Shown here: in pieces, positions 60,266 through 64,000 of the stretch | How positions within the stretch are numbered: position 1 is the first letter of the stretch | How the letters are laid out: every line of letters starts with the position of its first letter | Source: Zygnema circumcarinatum SAG 698-1b | Lineage: Eukaryota; Plantae; Zygnematophyceae | Length of the DNA stretch: 64,000 nucleotides | Assembly (NCBI GenBank): GCA_037447605.1 | Contig: CM074819.1 | Location: 1,634,297-1,698,296 of the forward strand | Direction of reading: 5' to 3' | Position numbers and translations under genes: made by a program | The notes under the pieces: model-generated | What the model saw: the letters and a program-made list of their open reading frames with translations, nothing else | The model's database searches: none | What the model was told of the DNA's origin: nothing

Positions 60266-63047
60266 CTCCCCCCCCTCTCTCTCTCTCCCCTTCCCTCCCC
60301 CCTCTCTCTCGTTCTATCTCTTTCTATCTCTCTCTCTCTGTAACTCTATGTATCTCTATATCTCTCGCTGTCCCGGTCTCGGCCCCTGCTTCTCGCCCTC
60401 TCCCTTCCTCTCCCCTTCCTCCCTCTCTCCCTCCCTCCCTCCCCCTCTGTCCCTACCAGGGAAAGACTGCCGTGGGGGGACACGTGTCGGCCCGAGGAGG
60501 CGCCAGGAGGCGAGAGCCGTCCGGGCGGGCCAAACGCCCGGATAGGTTCGGCTGAGCAGGCGGTTAAACTCCGCCGTCCGATGCGTGATCGGACGGCCCA
60601 GATTAGCCCGGTCAGCGGGCGGCGGAAGGACCGTACCGTTGGCGGGAAAGACGGTAACGGATTGCGGCTTTCCTCCGGGGACGCTCCGACGGACGGTGTG
60701 GACGCGGCGGCGGACGGTTGACTTAGCGCCGGCGGACGGTACGTGGTGGTCGGTGGACGGTACGGGCGCCGGTAAAGGAAGTCTCTGTCCTGGCGCCGGC
60801 CAGAGGACATTAGGTGGCATTAAATGCGGGGGGCCGACGGGCGGCAGAGGGACAGGTGGGGGGCGGAGGGCACGCCACGTCAGCATTGGGCGGTCTAACG
60901 GGCCGTTTCTATGTGAAAAATTGGGGTATTTTTGGAGGCCTTGATTGGACGGTTGGGGAAATTCAGGAGCAATTATTTGAGGATTTTTTGCAGGGGGAAA
61001 ATCAGACAGACTTTTGGGTGAAGTTTGGCAGGATCCTAAACGACAGCGCGGAGAGAGAGGAGGTTGAAAGTGACGTCATAACCGGAAAAGTACTGGAAAC
61101 TGCGACAGCCTGTCGGTTAGCTACCGAAGGTCACCGCCGTTACGGTCAGTCAACTCTGAAACAGTTCCCGTCCGTCGTGGTCGGCGCTTTTCAGAAGTGA
61201 CGCGTCCAATCACCTTGTTTTATGGCACGTGCACAAACTTTCGGACCAGTTAAATGGTGTCACGTGGTTGTCAGAAATGGACAAGCAAATCTATCAACTG
61301 GAAATTTGAACGGCGGCGGCGGTCGTTCTGAAATGGACGGATTCGAGAGCCATACGGAATAATACGTCATCATTGGCTGAGGTCAGCGCGTCTCTGACGT
61401 CTTCATTTGACCAGGTCGAAGTCCGCAGCGGTTAAGGGCGCATGAGACTTCGTTGACTTCTCGGANNNNNNNNNNCCTCCCCCTCCCTCTTCCCCTCCCC
61501 CTTCCCCGCCCCCCCCCCAAAACCCTAATTTCCCCCCTTCCCCCCCTCCCCCCCCTCACCATGTAAAGGCGCGAGGACGTCTTGCAGTCCTCGAGCACTT
61601 GGCGGCTCGCGCGGAAGGCCGCGCGCAGGTCCTGAAAGCGCACGAGCGCGGCCGGCGGGAGGGGGCTCTTCACTTCGCGGATCTCCTCGAAGAGCGGCGA
61701 GAGGAGCTTCACGAGCCGCGTGAGGTTCCAGCAGCTCTTCTTGTGGCTCTTCACCTCCTCGCCCGCCGCGGCTATGGCTGCCACAAGCTTCAGGAGCTCG
61801 TCCACCAGAGCCATGGAGGACGACGTGGCCATCTTGTGCGGCGACATCTCCCCCCCCTCTCTCTCTCTCCCCTTCCCTCCCCCCTCTCTCTCGTTCTATC
61901 TCTTTCTATCTCTCTCTCTCTGTAACTCTATGTATCTCTATATCTCTCGCTGTCCCGGTCTCGGCCCCTGCTTCTCGCCCTCTCCCTTCCTCTCCCCTTC
62001 CTCCCTCTCTCCCTCCCTCCCTCCCCCTCTGTCCCTACCAGGGAAAGACTGCCGTGGGGGGACACGTGTCGGCCCGAGGAGGCGCCAGGAGGCGAGAGCC
62101 GTCCGGGCGGGCCAAACGCCCGGATAGGTTCGGCTGAGCAGGCGGTTAAACTCCGCCGTCCGATGCGTGATCGGACGGCCCAGATTAGCCCGGTCAGCGG
62201 GCGGCGGAAGGACCGTACCGTTGGCGGGAAAGACGGTAACGGATTGCGGCTTTCCTCCGGGGACGCTCCGACGGACGGTGTGGACGCGGCGGCGGACGGT
62301 TGACTTAGCGCCGGCGGACGGTACGTGGTGGTCGGTGGACGGTACGGGCGCCGGTAAAGGAAGTCTCTGTCCTGGCGCCGGCCAGAGGACATTAGGTGGC
62401 ATTAAATGCGGGGGGCCGACGGGCGGCAGAGGGACAGGTGGGGGGCGGAGGGCACGCCACGTCAGCATTGGGCGGTCTAACGGGCCGTTTCTATGTGAAA
62501 AATTGGGGTATTTTTGGAGGCCTTGATTGGACGGTTGGGGAAATTCAGGAGCAATTATTTGAGGATTTTTTGCAGGGGGAAAATCAGACAGACTTTTGGG
62601 TGAAGTTTGGCAGGATCCTAAACGACAGCGCGGAGAGAGAGGAGGTTGAAAGTGACGTCATAACCGGAAAAGTACTGGAAACTGCGACAGCCTGTCGGTT
62701 AGCTACCGAAGGTCACCGCCGTTACGGTCAGTCAACTCTGAAACAGTTCCCGTCCGTCGTGGTCGGCGCTTTTCAGAAGTGACGCGTCCAATCACCTTGT
62801 TTTATGGCACGTGCACAAACTTTCGGACCAGTTAAATGGTGTCACGTGGTTGTCAGAAATGGACAAGCAAATCTATCAACTGGAAATTTGAACGGCGGCG
62901 GCGGTCGTTCTGAAATGGACGGATTCGAGAGCCATACGGAATAATACGTCATCATTGGCTGAGGTCAGCGCGTCTCTGACGTCTTCATTTGACCAGGTCG
63001 AAGTCCGCAGCGGTTAAGGGCGCATGAGACTTCGTTGACTTCTCGGA
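59894..63047. repeat. 1582-bp-offset direct duplication (59894-61465 = 61476-63047) including PUB exon 1; probable assembly artefact
   Basis: Identical ORF translations at an offset of 1582. Both copies begin immediately after an N gap. Confidence 0.85.
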
Positions 63048-64000
63048 TCTAGTGCCGTAGGCGTACGAACAATGTACGATATGTACAAAATTGTACCTCT
63101 TTGTACGGATATTTCGGCTTTGAAAATTGGATGTTGGGACCTGTCGGTGGAAGTTCTTTCGTACGAGATCGTTCTGGAACCGTACGAACTTTTGATTCTT
63201 CGATACGGACAAAGTACACGTGGAGTGAACACAGTAAAAATGTACGGTTTCACAACAAACGACGGAATGTTTTTGTCGTTTAACTAAGCCCGCAGTTTAT
63301 GCCCGGGGGTAGGTCGTTTTCTCGCGCCAAGTGGGACAGTCTGTCAAGTAAGAACGAATTAAATCCCTCCACGTGGCAACTTCAGCACTTGGCCGCCACT
63401 AAGTGGTCGGTGGTCAGAATCGGTCGCAGAAATAATCAAGGCCCAATGAAAAACAGGGGACGGGGGAAAAAAGTCGGCCCAAAACGACAAAAAAAGGTTT
63501 AAACAACGAAGATCAGCAGAAAGTTCGCTACAGCCTATAGAAATGTGATTATTTTCCAAAGGATCCACATTGGACATTAGAAGCTGGACACATTTTTTTC
63601 CTGGGATAGATTTTTGAATTATTTACACATCGGGCAGGCGCGGAACTGTCCTGGTTCGGAGTGGGAGGATGGATGCGCGGTGACGAAAGCAAACGGTTGA
63701 GTGACGTCAGCAACGTTTGCTCGAAATCCGGGTGGTTTGCTTACTCGCAACCGCCGACAGGTGCGGCGCCGTGTCTGCTCCACGTTTGAATGGGCACACC
63801 ATGGGCCGCGAGGAACTGGAGCCTACTTCTCTTCCAATTCATTCCATCTCATCCTTAGAAGATTTTCCTTTCCTAGACATGTTCAGCAATCTCAATCATT
63901 CAATGCACAGCACACTCACCCACAAAAGCTTTATTTCCAAAGATGAACAAGAGCTCAAGCATCCTATGCTTCCCTCAAAGCTCCGGTTGACAAAGACACA

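Noticed and set aside
61476-63047. Second PUB first exon/promoter as a real gene duplicate or alternative promoter
   Set aside because: Appears identical to 59894-61465 and both copies start at N gaps, typical of a scaffolding overlap.

Overview
Eukaryotic, intron-rich green-plant-lineage DNA. The GT-AG introns, long (GA)n tracts, telomere-like motifs and gene content suggest a streptophyte alga, but the taxon is my inference. The ORF track is mostly noise, so I rebuilt genes by hand from splice sites. In order: (1) UCH37/UCHL5-type deubiquitinase (-), head-to-head with (2) a GET2/CAML-like ER insertase subunit (+); (3) a Pro-rich RING-HC protein (+); (4) a 6-exon KirBac/Kir-fold channel (-) that lacks the GYG filter and has a very long N-terminal extension; (5) 'gene A' (-, 18636-32593), a secreted mosaic of signal peptide, LRRNT-LRRs-Cys/EGF, extensin, a second LRRNT-LRRs-Cys/EGF, papain (C1A) protease, 2 EGF and 3-4 LysM; (6) its tandem paralog 'gene B' (-, 35868-43861), an LRX-like protein; (7) an ascorbate-oxidase/laccase-like multicopper oxidase (-); (8) a PUB13/14-like U-box/ARM E3 ligase (-). 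TA-flanked MITEs, microsatellites and a probable assembly duplication are also present. The most striking system is the LRR region of genes A and B. It is built from tandem ~250-345 bp exon+intron cassettes, each carrying one 72-nt, phase-symmetric LRR exon (14 intact plus 2 dead in B, 5 in A) between fixed first and last LRR exons. The scaffold codons are nearly invariant, the concave-face residues differ in every cassette, and a CACGTGACGTGAC motif recurs in the introns. This looks like a modular, diversifying recognition system coupled to a protease/LysM effector.
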